Shown: positions 8,160 through 18,025, counted from the stretch's first letter. The stretch is 64,000 nucleotides of DNA from an uncultured Oligoflexus sp. (GCA_964236955.1 CAXSGP010000007.1:1-64000), one strand, 5' to 3'. The notes: generated from the sequence alone by a model not told the origin. Numbers and translations are program-made.

Positions 8160-10112
8160 TTAATTCTTAGTCCCGCTCTTGCCTCTGCCTTTGGCGGTAA
8201 GTTCCTGATCGACGCCTTTCAGGTTGTTTTGCGCTTCCACAAGCAATTTCAAACTATCCAGAGCGCCCTGCTTTTCTTCCTCTAACCCAGTCTTCAGCTC
8301 AGCAATCGCCGCAGTCATATCCCTATCAATGTCCACTTTCCTCGCGACTTCGGCGGTCTTCTCCTTGCATTTATGCATCATGCCTTTGCTTCCGTTCCTT
8401 TTTTGTTTAGAAACCGAGCAGACTTTCTCTGATTCACTTGTGAGCCTTGTCAGCTCAAGCCTGATTTTAACTCGTTCGGCGCGGGCTGCATTTCGCACTT
8501 TTTTTGCGTCTTCGAATGATCTTTTTTTATCCCTATAAACAGCGACGCGTTGCTTGAACTTTTTAATCCAAATATTCTTCCACGCTTCCGTCTCAGACAG
8601 GATCTCCTCCCTTTCTGCCGACTCGATAGCTTGTCCGTCGCCCATGATATTCGGCAGAATGAGGTTTTCGACAAGTACCGGCAGCGATCCCATCTCTTCA
8701 ACTTCAGTGGCGAGTGCGATCACCGGGATTGCTGGCGTGGGACTGACGGCGGCCGGCTTCGAAGCGGTCTCGCCTATGGGAATGGCTGGATTCTGACTTT
8801 CTTTATTCTCGTCCTGGTAGGCAACGACTTTATCCTGATCTCTATCATTTTCATTGGGTTGACTGGGCGAGACGATGTCTTGGTCATTATCCCGGACCAT
8901 ACCCCGGTCTTTTTCGTCATCCTTATCCGCACTCGAAGTCTCGGCGCTATCATGGATCACCGGCTCGCTCGGTTTAATCTTCGATTCCTGGTCATTGACA
9001 GCAGTTTGAGGCCTCGGCGCATCATTGGCCAGGGCTTCGTTTTTAGGACTTTCGCTTCGAAAGGACTCTTCCTCAACTGCTGCGGATTGAGGGAGCGGGA
9101 GCGGCGAATTTTTCAAGGGCTTTTCGTCCTTATCGGCAACCGCAGGACTGGGGGGCGGCTCGGATTCATTTGCCTCCAGGTCAAGCGCGCTTGCCAGCTT
9201 TTCTTTCTGAAGAGGAGACAGGACCGGAGTGGGACCAGGTGCGGAGGTTAATTCAGTCATCTCGAGCTTAGGGCTCGTCACGAGCGTTTCACCGTTGGCA
9301 ATACTTTCAGATTCATTGGAAATCCACGTGACAAGGTCTTCAGTTGATGGTGAACGTAAAGTCTCCGGCAAATCTTTCAGAAGCTCTTGTGGCAAAGGAT
9401 CCTGCCCCAAGGCAGCTGCAATTACCGGCAACGGAATAGGATGCCTCACCTTAACCTGCAAGAGTGGCAATTCTCTAAGACCTTCGATTAATTTTTCATC
9501 CTTTAGCACTAATACAAAGCCGGATTTTGATGGTTCGACTTCGATTTTTTTGCTTATGGACATCCGGGTCGACCAACAATCGTTAGAATCAAGATCGGTC
9601 AAAGACCCCGCCCCCGATCCCAGCAAAGCCAGGCATCGCGTTGGACCTGCACCCACACTGTCCTCAGACAGGCTAGCTGCCAAGACAGCAAATTCAAGCC
9701 CCTCATCCATAAGCACTTCTATTTTTAAGGCCGAACCTACTACATTGGCATCGACGTCCGGAGTCTCAAGGGCTTTTACAGGTTTGACCTGAAAGATTTG
9801 ATCCTGCACGGTGACAAGGAAAGAGGAATCAAGCGTAAAGCTCGAGCTTTCAACTGCTTTGCCTTTACTCAGAATTTTTGCGGCAGCTTCCGTAAAACGT
9901 CCGGTATCTTCGTCAACCCGTTCGATCTTGGGAACTGTAGCTTGTTGCGAAACCGAAGGAAGAGTAAGCTCGGGCTTTATCTGAGTCGGCGCTTCACTCT
10001 CTTTCAACCTGACAAGATCGGGAACTGCCGCTTCCCTGGTACAGGCTAAAGCAGTCAAAAAAGCTGCGAACACGATAAGCTTTAAGTCGCTGATCCAAGA
10101 ATTTGTTGTCAT
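8160..10112 (-). CDS. Hypothetical lipoprotein with acidic/Pro-rich disordered middle and basic C-terminal coiled coil
   Basis: 650-aa ORF, SD AGAGGA, lipobox-like LTALAC; no recognised domain. Confidence 0.7.
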   Translation of the reverse strand: MTTNSWISDLKLIVFAAFLTALACTREAAVPDLVRLKESEAPTQIKPELTLPSVSQQATVPKIERVDEDTGRFTEAAAKILSKGKAVESSSFTLDSSFLVTVQDQIFQVKPVKALETPDVDANVVGSALKIEVLMDEGLEFAVLAASLSEDSVGAGPTRCLALLGSGAGSLTDLDSNDCWSTRMSISKKIEVEPSKSGFVLVLKDEKLIEGLRELPLLQVKVRHPIPLPVIAAALGQDPLPQELLKDLPETLRSPSTEDLVTWISNESESIANGETLVTSPKLEMTELTSAPGPTPVLSPLQKEKLASALDLEANESEPPPSPAVADKDEKPLKNSPLPLPQSAAVEEESFRSESPKNEALANDAPRPQTAVNDQESKIKPSEPVIHDSAETSSADKDDEKDRGMVRDNDQDIVSPSQPNENDRDQDKVVAYQDENKESQNPAIPIGETASKPAAVSPTPAIPVIALATEVEEMGSLPVLVENLILPNIMGDGQAIESAEREEILSETEAWKNIWIKKFKQRVAVYRDKKRSFEDAKKVRNAARAERVKIRLELTRLTSESEKVCSVSKQKRNGSKGMMHKCKEKTAEVARKVDIDRDMTAAIAELKTGLEEEKQGALDSLKLLVEAQNNLKGVDQELTAKGRGKSGTKN

Positions 10113-10150
10113 GCAAGCCTATCCTCTATGGTCAGTATAAATACCAGAAG

Positions 10151-10178
10151 GTATCGCCGGGCCTGAGGATGGTCTTGA
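10151..10178 (-). promoter_or_regulatory. Possible sigma28 (FliA)-type promoter
   Basis: Minus strand TCAAG-N15-GGCGATAC, same layout as TCAAG-N15-ACCGATAG upstream of the che cluster. Confidence 0.4.
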
Positions 10179-10318
10179 ACCATTAAGAATTATTCAGTAT
10201 ATCCGGCAGTTTACAGGATGATTTTAAGTCCTAAACTCACTGGTGGATTGGGCCTATAATCTATTTCGTAGCAATAACGCATGGAAATCATAAATCTAAT
10301 AGAACGACGAGGCCGACT

Positions 10319-11236
10319 TTAAATTAACGAGTCTCGTTTAGCCAGCCACCCTAACCAGTTTTTTTCCTCGTGTTCTTGAACAATGTCAAAGCCAAGGCGC
10401 TTTAACTCGAGAGCTAGGCCGTCCCGATTTGCTTCATGAAATCCGGCAAGATAAAGTTCACCCTCTGGTTTTAAAAGGGCGGTCAGCGGCTCGAGCAATT
10501 CGGTAAGAGTTGGCGGCAGAATGTTGCAGGCGATGCAGTCCCATGTTTGGGGTCGGGGCGGTAAACTTCCGAGGTGAAGCTCAAGAGGCACCTTATTACG
10601 ATCGGCATTCTCTCGGGCAGCGTCGATAGCATTGGCTTCGATATCAGTTGCGACGAGGGGCGAAAATCCCAGATGGTGGGCCACGAATGCCAGCACACCT
10701 GTACCGGTTCCCACATCAAGGAACGATCGGGCTGACATAGGCCTGGCCTGCTTTTCCATCAGCTTTACCAGAGCCTGGGTGCTGGCATGCTGACCTGATC
10801 CAAACACTGTTCCCTCGGAAAGAATGATATTGATCTTATATGGGTTGGCTCCTGATGCCGGGGATCCGATGAAAAAACATCGGGTCTCGAGAAATTGAAA
10901 ATCGGGCTCCCACGCTTCCTGCCAAAGCCGGTTTGCAATCCATTTGCCAGTCAGCTGCAGCTCGTCATTAAAACGCCGTTGAAAAGCCTTCATAAAGGCC
11001 AGGAGTTCAGCCTCGGTTTCCTTATAGACAAGCAGGGGTGCATCATCACGTTCCGACCAATCTTTAAGGACGCTCTCCCAGTCCCCTTCATCGGCATTTA
11101 TCGTATCCGACGCAGCTTCAATAAAATCATCTATACCAAATTCAAGGAGCAGTAGAATGACTTCGGACCGACGGTTTGCAGGATGGATTGTTAGCTCAAA
11201 AATTTTGGCATCGATCACGGCGGCTGCCCTCAACAA
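10319..11236 (-). CDS. prmA: Ribosomal protein L11 methyltransferase
   Basis: VFGSGQHAST, FLDVGTGTGVLA, ATDIE, ENA..N, NIL; start uncertain. Confidence 0.85.
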   Translation of the reverse strand: MLRAAAVIDAKIFELTIHPANRRSEVILLLLEFGIDDFIEAASDTINADEGDWESVLKDWSERDDAPLLVYKETEAELLAFMKAFQRRFNDELQLTGKWIANRLWQEAWEPDFQFLETRCFFIGSPASGANPYKINIILSEGTVFGSGQHASTQALVKLMEKQARPMSARSFLDVGTGTGVLAFVAHHLGFSPLVATDIEANAIDAARENADRNKVPLELHLGSLPPRPQTWDCIACNILPPTLTELLEPLTALLKPEGELYLAGFHEANRDGLALELKRLGFDIVQEHEEKNWLGWLAKRDSLI

Positions 11237-11430
11237 AGGTTTGTGACCTTCTCCTTACACTTGCGCCCCATTCTTAAGCAATAGGTGAGAGAGGACAGCT
11301 TTTATAAAAATCACCGCTTTCCCGTCGCGTCTTGCCATGAATTTCGCTATTATCCTCCGAATGAGTATTTGGCGTCCTATATACGCAAACTAGTTTGACG
11401 CCCCTAGTCCTCTCGATGGAGTCAAAAGGT

Positions 11431-12504
11431 ATGAGTTCTGGTCTCCTTATTTCTGTTCTCGTTGGTGGTCTTGGAGTCGGCGGAGCAGTGGGTTATGTAG
11501 CAGGCACTGGTACGGCTGGCCGTGTTTCCGGCAGCGCAGCCGCTGCATCGGGCCCTGATACGGCTTGGTTCACTCTCGATGGCAAAACCTATAGTACAAG
11601 TGCTCTTCCCACTCAGGTTCAGACCAATCTGTACCAGGCGGAAATGGAGACTTACAACCAAAAGCTCGGCGTGATCCGTGAATTCGCAGTGCGCCTTGCC
11701 CTTGCTCAGGAACAAAAGAAATTCACCAGCATCGATAAACTTCCACCTATCGAAGAACTTCTGCCTGCGGCTCCGGTTAACGACGAGCAGGCCAAAGCTT
11801 TCTTCGAAGCCAACAAGGACAAGATTCCTCCAGGAACGACCTACGAACAACTCGCACCCCGTATTAAAGAATTGCTTGGCAATGAAGGCCGGGCTAAGGG
11901 CTTTGAAGCTGCCTGGACGAAGCTCACAGCCAGCAATAAGCTGACCCTACTCGTCAAAGAGCCCCAATCTCCCGCTGTTAAAATTCCTGTCGAGTCCTTC
12001 CAGGCGAAAGGTGCCAGCGACAACAAAAACGTTTTGGTCGAAATCTCCGATTATCTCTGTCCCCATTGTCAGGAAGTTCAACCTGACATGAAAAAGCTGA
12101 TGGATGCTCACAAGGACATAAAATTCGTTCAGATCAACTTTGCCCTTCGCCCCGAAAAATTGAGCGGTGCGATTATCGAGGGTGCGTTCTGTGCTGGCAA
12201 AGAAAGCACCGAAGCCTTCTGGAAGTTCCACGAGACAGCCTTCAGCAAATCATGGGGTAGCTTTGCCGATGAATACGATGTCGCCAAAGTCAAACCCATC
12301 GCCGAGGCGGCTGGCATCAAGGTGCCGGATTGGGAAGCCTGCATGAAAACTCCGGCTCCTAAAGAATTTGTTAATAAGACAAAAGACATCGTCAACGGTC
12401 TTGGGGTTACGGGCACGCCGACTTTCTACCTCAATAATAAACGGCTGAACATCCGTCGTCCGGATGAACTCGCTACCGTTGTTCAAGCGAACCTTGCAAA
12501 ATAA
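11431..12504 (+). CDS. Membrane-anchored DsbA-family thioredoxin-fold protein with N-terminal helical domain
   Basis: SDYLCPHC (CXXC), GVTGTPTFYLN cis-Pro loop, N-terminal TM anchor. Confidence 0.9.
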   Translation: MSSGLLISVLVGGLGVGGAVGYVAGTGTAGRVSGSAAAASGPDTAWFTLDGKTYSTSALPTQVQTNLYQAEMETYNQKLGVIREFAVRLALAQEQKKFTSIDKLPPIEELLPAAPVNDEQAKAFFEANKDKIPPGTTYEQLAPRIKELLGNEGRAKGFEAAWTKLTASNKLTLLVKEPQSPAVKIPVESFQAKGASDNKNVLVEISDYLCPHCQEVQPDMKKLMDAHKDIKFVQINFALRPEKLSGAIIEGAFCAGKESTEAFWKFHETAFSKSWGSFADEYDVAKVKPIAEAAGIKVPDWEACMKTPAPKEFVNKTKDIVNGLGVTGTPTFYLNNKRLNIRRPDELATVVQANLAK

Positions 12505-12627
12505 TAGATAGAGACTGATGAATCCTGAAGGCGAGACCCAAGTCTCTTGATGAACCGTTAAATCGCTTACCACTACCATTGTTTCCTAGTGCTGATGGAG
12601 TGGGCCAACTATTCGAAAAAATTAGTG

Positions 12628-12656
12628 AATGACACCGCATAGGTGTCATTTTTTTT
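12628..12656 (+). terminator. Intrinsic terminator after dsbA-like gene
   Basis: AATGACACC-GCATA-GGTGTCATT followed by T-run. Confidence 0.7.
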
Positions 12657-12899
12657 GACACCGACGCAAGCTCGAACCGGTCCCCATAATTACACCCTGT
12701 ATAAATCGAAGCAGGCCTTACGAAAACCTTTTGCGAAGGGTCAGAATCGAGAGGCAAAAGTTTTTATTAATCCAGTGATATCGCTGCCAGAAAAATTATG
12801 AATAAGGATTTTTTTTTCGCTGTCGAAGGGACTTGGTAGGCAAAATCAGGGGCCAGCAAATCCCCGGGTTAAGGTAAAGAGACTAGGCGAGGATTTGAC

Positions 12900-13760
12900 G
12901 TGAAAATTATCTATATATTCCTGCTTGTTTGGGGATCGATAGCAATAGCACAGGAAGACCCAATTCTTAGACTCCCAGCTCGTTCCGATTCGGCTATGAC
13001 GGGCAGTGCCTTTTTGAAGAAGATTGCGAAAATGGATGGCGGCCAGCGCGAAAAAGCAATGGTTCAGGAAATCCTCAAGGGCAATGTTCCAAGCTTCCTC
13101 AGAAAAATGACTCCAATCGACAGCAAACTCTCTTCGGGTCCATACAAAGGCAAAACCCTTCGTTATTGGACTATTCCAGATTATATCGCCATCGGTTCTG
13201 ACAAGGACTTTGTCCGCGTCCCCTTAAATCTCCCCAGTATCGAGAAGATTAGTGAAGCCCTCGATCTCTCCCTGCCAACCGCAAAGATGGTTGATGAAAT
13301 CTACAGTCACGCCACTGTTAAACTAAGCCCTAAGCCTATCGCCGCAAAAGCCAATATCTCAGCAACTATCAATATTGCCAAACACAACGACTTGTTGATT
13401 GAACAGATCTCGCATAACACCTATGTGCCCGGCACGTTGGTCGCCGGTCACAAGAAGGATGTAGTTCAAAGCCGTCGCATCCTGAAGAAGCCAGGTTCAA
13501 TTGCCATCTACGGCTGGCACCGCAAATTGAGGGATCCGATTCAGCCTCTATCGACAGCTCACTCGGCAGCCTATGCCGATTACAGTCATGGCATCCGTTT
13601 GATTTCGAACGTGGTTAAGCTGGGCAATCAAACTTTTGATCTGCGCGATATCCTTGCTAACAAGTCGTATGCAACGCTCCTGAGTTCGGAGGGTGCGATT
13701 CCGCAGAAGGCGCATGCGAAGAGTGCACAATCGTTGGCGATGGTGAATGGTCGGCCGTAA
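12900..13760 (+). CDS. Conserved hypothetical exported protein (GHKKD/YGWH/YADYSHG family), paralog A
   Basis: GTG start after GAGG, signal peptide (SIAIA|QE), colinear similarity to 16595..17473. Confidence 0.85.
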   Translation: MKIIYIFLLVWGSIAIAQEDPILRLPARSDSAMTGSAFLKKIAKMDGGQREKAMVQEILKGNVPSFLRKMTPIDSKLSSGPYKGKTLRYWTIPDYIAIGSDKDFVRVPLNLPSIEKISEALDLSLPTAKMVDEIYSHATVKLSPKPIAAKANISATINIAKHNDLLIEQISHNTYVPGTLVAGHKKDVVQSRRILKKPGSIAIYGWHRKLRDPIQPLSTAHSAAYADYSHGIRLISNVVKLGNQTFDLRDILANKSYATLLSSEGAIPQKAHAKSAQSLAMVNGRP

Positions 13761-13813
13761 GGCGAATTCCCTAAGGGCAAAGTGATTAGAAATTATGACA
13801 GGATCAAAATACG

Positions 13814-13852
13814 AAAAAGCAGGCTTACCCATCAAGGGAAGCTGCTTTTTTT
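13814..13852. terminator. Bidirectional intrinsic terminator
   Basis: AAAAAGCAG..CCC-ATCAA-GGG..CTGCTTTTTTT between convergent genes. Confidence 0.65.
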
Positions 13853-13875
13853 ATGGCTAAAATACCTGACAAGCC

Positions 13876-14358
13876 TTAGTGGTGGTGACCACCGACGCCA
13901 TGCACGTGTCCATGTGTCATTTCTTCCGCACTTGCGACCCGAACTTCAACGACTTTAACATCGAAACTGAGAGTTTTGCCGGCAAGCGGGTGATTGGCAT
14001 CGACGGTAACTTCGCTATCTGTCAAGTTTACAACAGTAACGACCATAGTATCATCATCTGTTTGGGCTTGTAGCTGCATACCAACAGCAAGATTCTTAAC
14101 GCCGGCAAATTGGGCACGCGGCACAACTTCGACAAGTGCGTCGTCTTTATCACCGTAGCCGTCTTCTGGCTTTACCGTAACGATAAAGGCGTCGCCTTTT
14201 TTCTTGCCAATGAATTCGCGCTCCAGTCCGGGAATAATATTGCCCATACCGACGATGAAGGCGAGCGGCTCGTGACCCGTGGATGTGTCGATGATGTTAC
14301 CTTCGGCATCTTTAACCGTATAATCCATCAGAACAACGGAGTTTTGCGCAGCGATCAT
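13876..14358 (-). CDS. slyD: FKBP-type peptidyl-prolyl isomerase SlyD
   Basis: PLAFIVG..NIIPGLE, VDANHPLAGKTL, His-rich tail HGHVHGVGGHHH. Confidence 0.95.
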   Translation of the reverse strand: MIAAQNSVVLMDYTVKDAEGNIIDTSTGHEPLAFIVGMGNIIPGLEREFIGKKKGDAFIVTVKPEDGYGDKDDALVEVVPRAQFAGVKNLAVGMQLQAQTDDDTMVVTVVNLTDSEVTVDANHPLAGKTLSFDVKVVEVRVASAEEMTHGHVHGVGGHHH

Positions 14359-14507
14359 AAAATATCCTTAAGGAAAGAGTCCTCGTTTCTATAGGGGGGT
14401 ACCCTAACATAGATATTCTAGAGACGGAAATCGAATCTCCAGAAGAAAACGCCTGGCTTCCGAGGAAGCTGACGCTCCTATTATTACCTTTTAACTCGGC
14501 TCGAAAC

Positions 14508-16427
14508 TTAAGGGGCCCGGCTGACAGGTTTTCTTATAAAGTAGAAGAAATCGCGATTATCGGGATAGCCGATATAGCGAGGAACATTGCCTTTAAAGCG
14601 CTCGTCGAGCATTTTCATACCGCGCACGAGATGCTGGGGGAAGCGCTCCTCCTTTTTTTTCGGGGGATAAAGGGCCATGTAGGTATGCTCAAGTGCATTC
14701 ATATCGAGATGCATCGCATAACTGCAGTTATAAGCCTGGAAAACTCGCGCCATTCCGGTGGGCGTCATACTCGAGAAGTAGCCATAGATCAAAAATTTAC
14801 GGGCGCCACGATTTTGAAGACAGATGCCCGCTCTCAGGGTACGGAATTTTTTATCTTGTGACCCTGACCAGTTACCCAAGGTCCAATTGCTGACGTAGCG
14901 ACCCGGAACACCTTTTTTCTGAACGGGGTCATAGTCGATGATCGCCACCCCATTTTGCCGAGCAAACCGCACGCGGCTGATAAATTCATTGTCACTTTCT
15001 TTCCATGTCTTAAAATCAAGCTGTCCGTCCTTATAGACGACCAGCGTTGAGAGTTCCGGCTGCAATTCACTGAGCACCACACCGTTTTCAACAAATCCAT
15101 AGTGTGAGCCGCGATTTTGCTTTGCAAGTTCCCCCCAGTGAAAGGCGCCATGATCCCGTTTGAAGCCACCCGTAAAGATCCCTGCCACCCGATCCACGTT
15201 ATAGGGGGGAATCAATCCGGTCGGGGTCAGCGGTGCAATCGTTTGAAAGCCATCAGGCCCTTTCAGCGCCGTATCACGAGCTTCCGGCAATACCCGGTCC
15301 GACCAGCCAACGGCCGGGTGATCCGTCCCCACCGCAAAACTCAAATCGAAGGCCCCGACATCAATTGCCACCAGATAAGCTGCCGCTCCCATTTCCACGT
15401 TATCGAGTTCTTTTACATAGTCGGAGTTGCTTTTCAGTATGCCTTCATCTATTGCCTGCGGCTCGATAGCACTCACGAACACCCCGCTTTGAGCTTCCGT
15501 GCGATACCAACGTCCCGCTTCGAGAGCATCGCTCTTATTCCCCTCCAGGGCGATTCCGAGCTCTTTGGTGGTGATCTGCTCGCCCTTATATTTGGCATTA
15601 ATCAAAGCGGGTTCGGGAGCATCCGGAAGATCCGCTCCAGGCACGGATTTATTGATGCTACCGTCGGATTTTATCAAAAAGTTATCTTTATAGACCGTCT
15701 CTTTCACCAGCGTCGTGATCGATTCGCCGCCGACGATATTCGCTCGCAAAAACTCCACAACCCATTCTTTTGTCGTTTTATAGCCATCGATACGGTTGCG
15801 AAGATAGAGATCTGTGTCGCATAATTTAGCATAGGGCGTGTTTGCAGCCCGGGCCGTGTAAATTGCGCTGCGGGTCAGTTGCCCCCATAGATCACATTGT
15901 TGCCTTTCTCCATTGGCATTAATGATCACGATGCCGTTATGATAGGTAGGAGCCAATTCCAAAGCCAAATCTTTATTTAAGCCGTTCTCGAGGTGAAACC
16001 ACTCGATTCGCTGGGAATTCCAGGTGATTTTCAAAAGATACCAAGAATTGACCTCAGGATTGAGATTGATCAGGCGCACCTCATCAGGAAGCCCCTGCTG
16101 GCCTCGAAGATCCAAAACGCTTTCCACGCGTGACTGCTGAAGATCGATAACGCTGCGATCGATTCTTGATTTCTGTTTCTCGTTGGGCACCGGACCGGCT
16201 TTGGCCGCAAGGCTTGTCGTGGCCGGGGTGAGAGAATCCGAAATCTCATCAAGAGTACAAAAAATATCGCCCATGTCCCGACAGAACAGTTCTTCCTGCT
16301 CAACCTCTTGAGCCTGAAGATTTGCCATAGACAAGGTCATGCAGGAAATCATTAAAATGAGCTTCAGTATTCCAAAACGACTAGCCGGGAACAATATCTT
16401 CTCGCGCATAAAAGAAGTCCGCTTCAT
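14508..16427 (-). CDS. Exported hypothetical protein with phosphodiester-glycosidase (NAGPA/DUF2233)-like C-terminal domain
   Basis: Signal peptide ending LQA|QE; FTGGFK, TLRAGICL, AMHLDMN reminiscent of NAGPA NGG/R.AIG/A.NLDGG motifs. Confidence 0.65.
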   Translation of the reverse strand: MKRTSFMREKILFPASRFGILKLILMISCMTLSMANLQAQEVEQEELFCRDMGDIFCTLDEISDSLTPATTSLAAKAGPVPNEKQKSRIDRSVIDLQQSRVESVLDLRGQQGLPDEVRLINLNPEVNSWYLLKITWNSQRIEWFHLENGLNKDLALELAPTYHNGIVIINANGERQQCDLWGQLTRSAIYTARAANTPYAKLCDTDLYLRNRIDGYKTTKEWVVEFLRANIVGGESITTLVKETVYKDNFLIKSDGSINKSVPGADLPDAPEPALINAKYKGEQITTKELGIALEGNKSDALEAGRWYRTEAQSGVFVSAIEPQAIDEGILKSNSDYVKELDNVEMGAAAYLVAIDVGAFDLSFAVGTDHPAVGWSDRVLPEARDTALKGPDGFQTIAPLTPTGLIPPYNVDRVAGIFTGGFKRDHGAFHWGELAKQNRGSHYGFVENGVVLSELQPELSTLVVYKDGQLDFKTWKESDNEFISRVRFARQNGVAIIDYDPVQKKGVPGRYVSNWTLGNWSGSQDKKFRTLRAGICLQNRGARKFLIYGYFSSMTPTGMARVFQAYNCSYAMHLDMNALEHTYMALYPPKKKEERFPQHLVRGMKMLDERFKGNVPRYIGYPDNRDFFYFIRKPVSRAP

Positions 16428-16594
16428 AAGTAAGGGGGAGCGATGAATTTATCGCCATTATCATACGTGTCTTAACTAGAAAGCCAGGGCCGTGGAATCC
16501 AGGTTCTGTAATCGATTGGATTAACTAAGGTTCTTCCAATCTCCAAACTTAATTTGCTCGATCCCTCTCAGATCGGCAGAAGGAGCCCAAGAGG

Positions 16595-17473
16595 ATGATA
16601 AGACATTTGAGGTTATTGGTATTCGTTTTGGCATTTTGTGTTTCCTGTGCCACGCAATCGCCAACGTTTTTCGATGCCCCTAGCCTCTCCGTCCCCCCAA
16701 GAAGTCTTGGCGCGCTTTCGGGCTCCGCCTTCGGCCGTAAAATAATATTAGCCGACGAACAGGGCCGAGAACAGGCAATCGTTGAACAATATCGCCGAGG
16801 CAATATCCCCGAGTACATGCGGTCCTTCGCTAAAGTGCGTTTTATCTCGCAGACCCGATCCGGCAAACAGGCTGAAGTCACCCTCTGGGTACTTCCTGAC
16901 TATCTTGGGGTTGGATCCAATCGTGACTTCCTTCGCACCCCCATGACTCCCATATCCGCGCAAATCGTCGCAGACCAATATGGCCTGATTCTTCCTACAG
17001 TAAAAATAGTCGATGCCATTTACCAGGCCGCCGGTGTAAAGCTAGATCCGCAGCCTTTTAAACCCGGTCCCAAGATGGTCACGGTGCAGGAATTGATAAG
17101 ACATAACAAGGTCATTCAAATCGGCCTTCATGATCAGGTCCCTCCCGGTCTGGTAGCAGGTCATAAAAAAGACATCGTCATCACGAACCTGCTCCAGCGC
17201 AAAGCCAATCGTGTGGCGATCTACGGCTGGCACCTTCGTTCCGGCTCCGCCATCCAGCCCCTCAACACGGTTCATGGCAGCTGGTACGCTGACTATAGCC
17301 ACGGAGTTAGGCTCATGGCTAAAACCATGATTATAAACGATGTGATATATAAGGTCAGTGATGTTCTCCGCGATCCGGAACTTTCAGCCCTTATCAGTTA
17401 CGAAGGGGCGATAGCGATCCCGCGCTATGATACCAAAGAGGTCGTACGAAAAAAGTGGTGGCCGCAGTCTTAA
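16595..17473 (+). CDS. Conserved hypothetical lipoprotein (GHKKD/YGWH/YADYSHG family), paralog B
   Basis: Lipobox-like FCVSC; shares GN.P, PDY..GS..DF.R.P, LPT.K.VD.IY, LVAGHKKD, AIYGWH, IQPL...H..YADYSHG.RL with 12900..13760. Confidence 0.85.
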   Translation: MIRHLRLLVFVLAFCVSCATQSPTFFDAPSLSVPPRSLGALSGSAFGRKIILADEQGREQAIVEQYRRGNIPEYMRSFAKVRFISQTRSGKQAEVTLWVLPDYLGVGSNRDFLRTPMTPISAQIVADQYGLILPTVKIVDAIYQAAGVKLDPQPFKPGPKMVTVQELIRHNKVIQIGLHDQVPPGLVAGHKKDIVITNLLQRKANRVAIYGWHLRSGSAIQPLNTVHGSWYADYSHGVRLMAKTMIINDVIYKVSDVLRDPELSALISYEGAIAIPRYDTKEVVRKKWWPQS

Positions 17474-17704
17474 ATTGAGGGTGAAACGTTGTTGGCGAAG
17501 TCGACTTATGGAAATACTGAAGCCCTGGCCAGCGCCATTGATAATGCCTGCGGCCTGAGCCCTGCCGATCCTGTCATCCGCTATGTCCAGGTCGTCGGAT
17601 TGTCATTTCTGGCTTTGCCTCTGATGCCTTCTTTAAAAATAACGGGCCGCGGACTCGTCGATGTCGACAGTTTCCGCAAAGTGCCAGGGATCGGTGAGTA
17701 GAGT

Positions 17705-18025
17705 ATGAATGAAAGTTCAATTCGTAATGAAATAGCCGTGGAAATTGAACGGGCTTTATCTCGGGAAATTCATTCCGTTCGGGCCGGCCTTGGATTTTTG
17801 GCTTTGCAGAGAAAAACCAAACTTATCGAATACGACTGCAAAGAGGCGGATTGTGGCATATGCTTGATTCGAGTCATCGCCGGCGAAGAAAACCTGAGTG
17901 CTCCAGGCACCCGTGAGGCTGATTTTTTAAGGGCGATGCGCTGTGATCCAAACGAACGTCTGGCGTGCCAATGCCGAGTCTTTGGCGATGTAAGGATTCG
18001 CGTCGAGGGTGACCCGGAAGATTAA
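17705..18025 (+). CDS. 2Fe-2S ferredoxin
   Basis: C-X4-C-X2-C (CKEADCGIC) and RLACQ. Confidence 0.85.
   Translation: MNESSIRNEIAVEIERALSREIHSVRAGLGFLALQRKTKLIEYDCKEADCGICLIRVIAGEENLSAPGTREADFLRAMRCDPNERLACQCRVFGDVRIRVEGDPED

Noticed and set aside
12510..12548. Hammerhead-ribozyme-like string AGAGA-CTGATGA-ATCCTGAAGGC-GAGAC-CCAA-GTC-TCT
   Set aside because: The core GAAA is GAGA and stems II and III are only about 2 bp; more simply a GAGACT/AGTCTC hairpin
12590..12640. Fluoride-riboswitch-like GATGGAGT..AATGACACC overlapping a terminator
   Set aside because: P1 cannot form, the pseudoknot has a mismatch, and the downstream gene is not fluoride-related
12900..17473. Diversity-generating retroelement explanation for the paralogs
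   Set aside because: No reverse transcriptase in the window, and no near-identical template/variable repeat with adenine-specific mismatches seen
17489..17701. 70-aa TTG-start ORF
   Set aside because: No motif or independent support; may be a leader or promoter region
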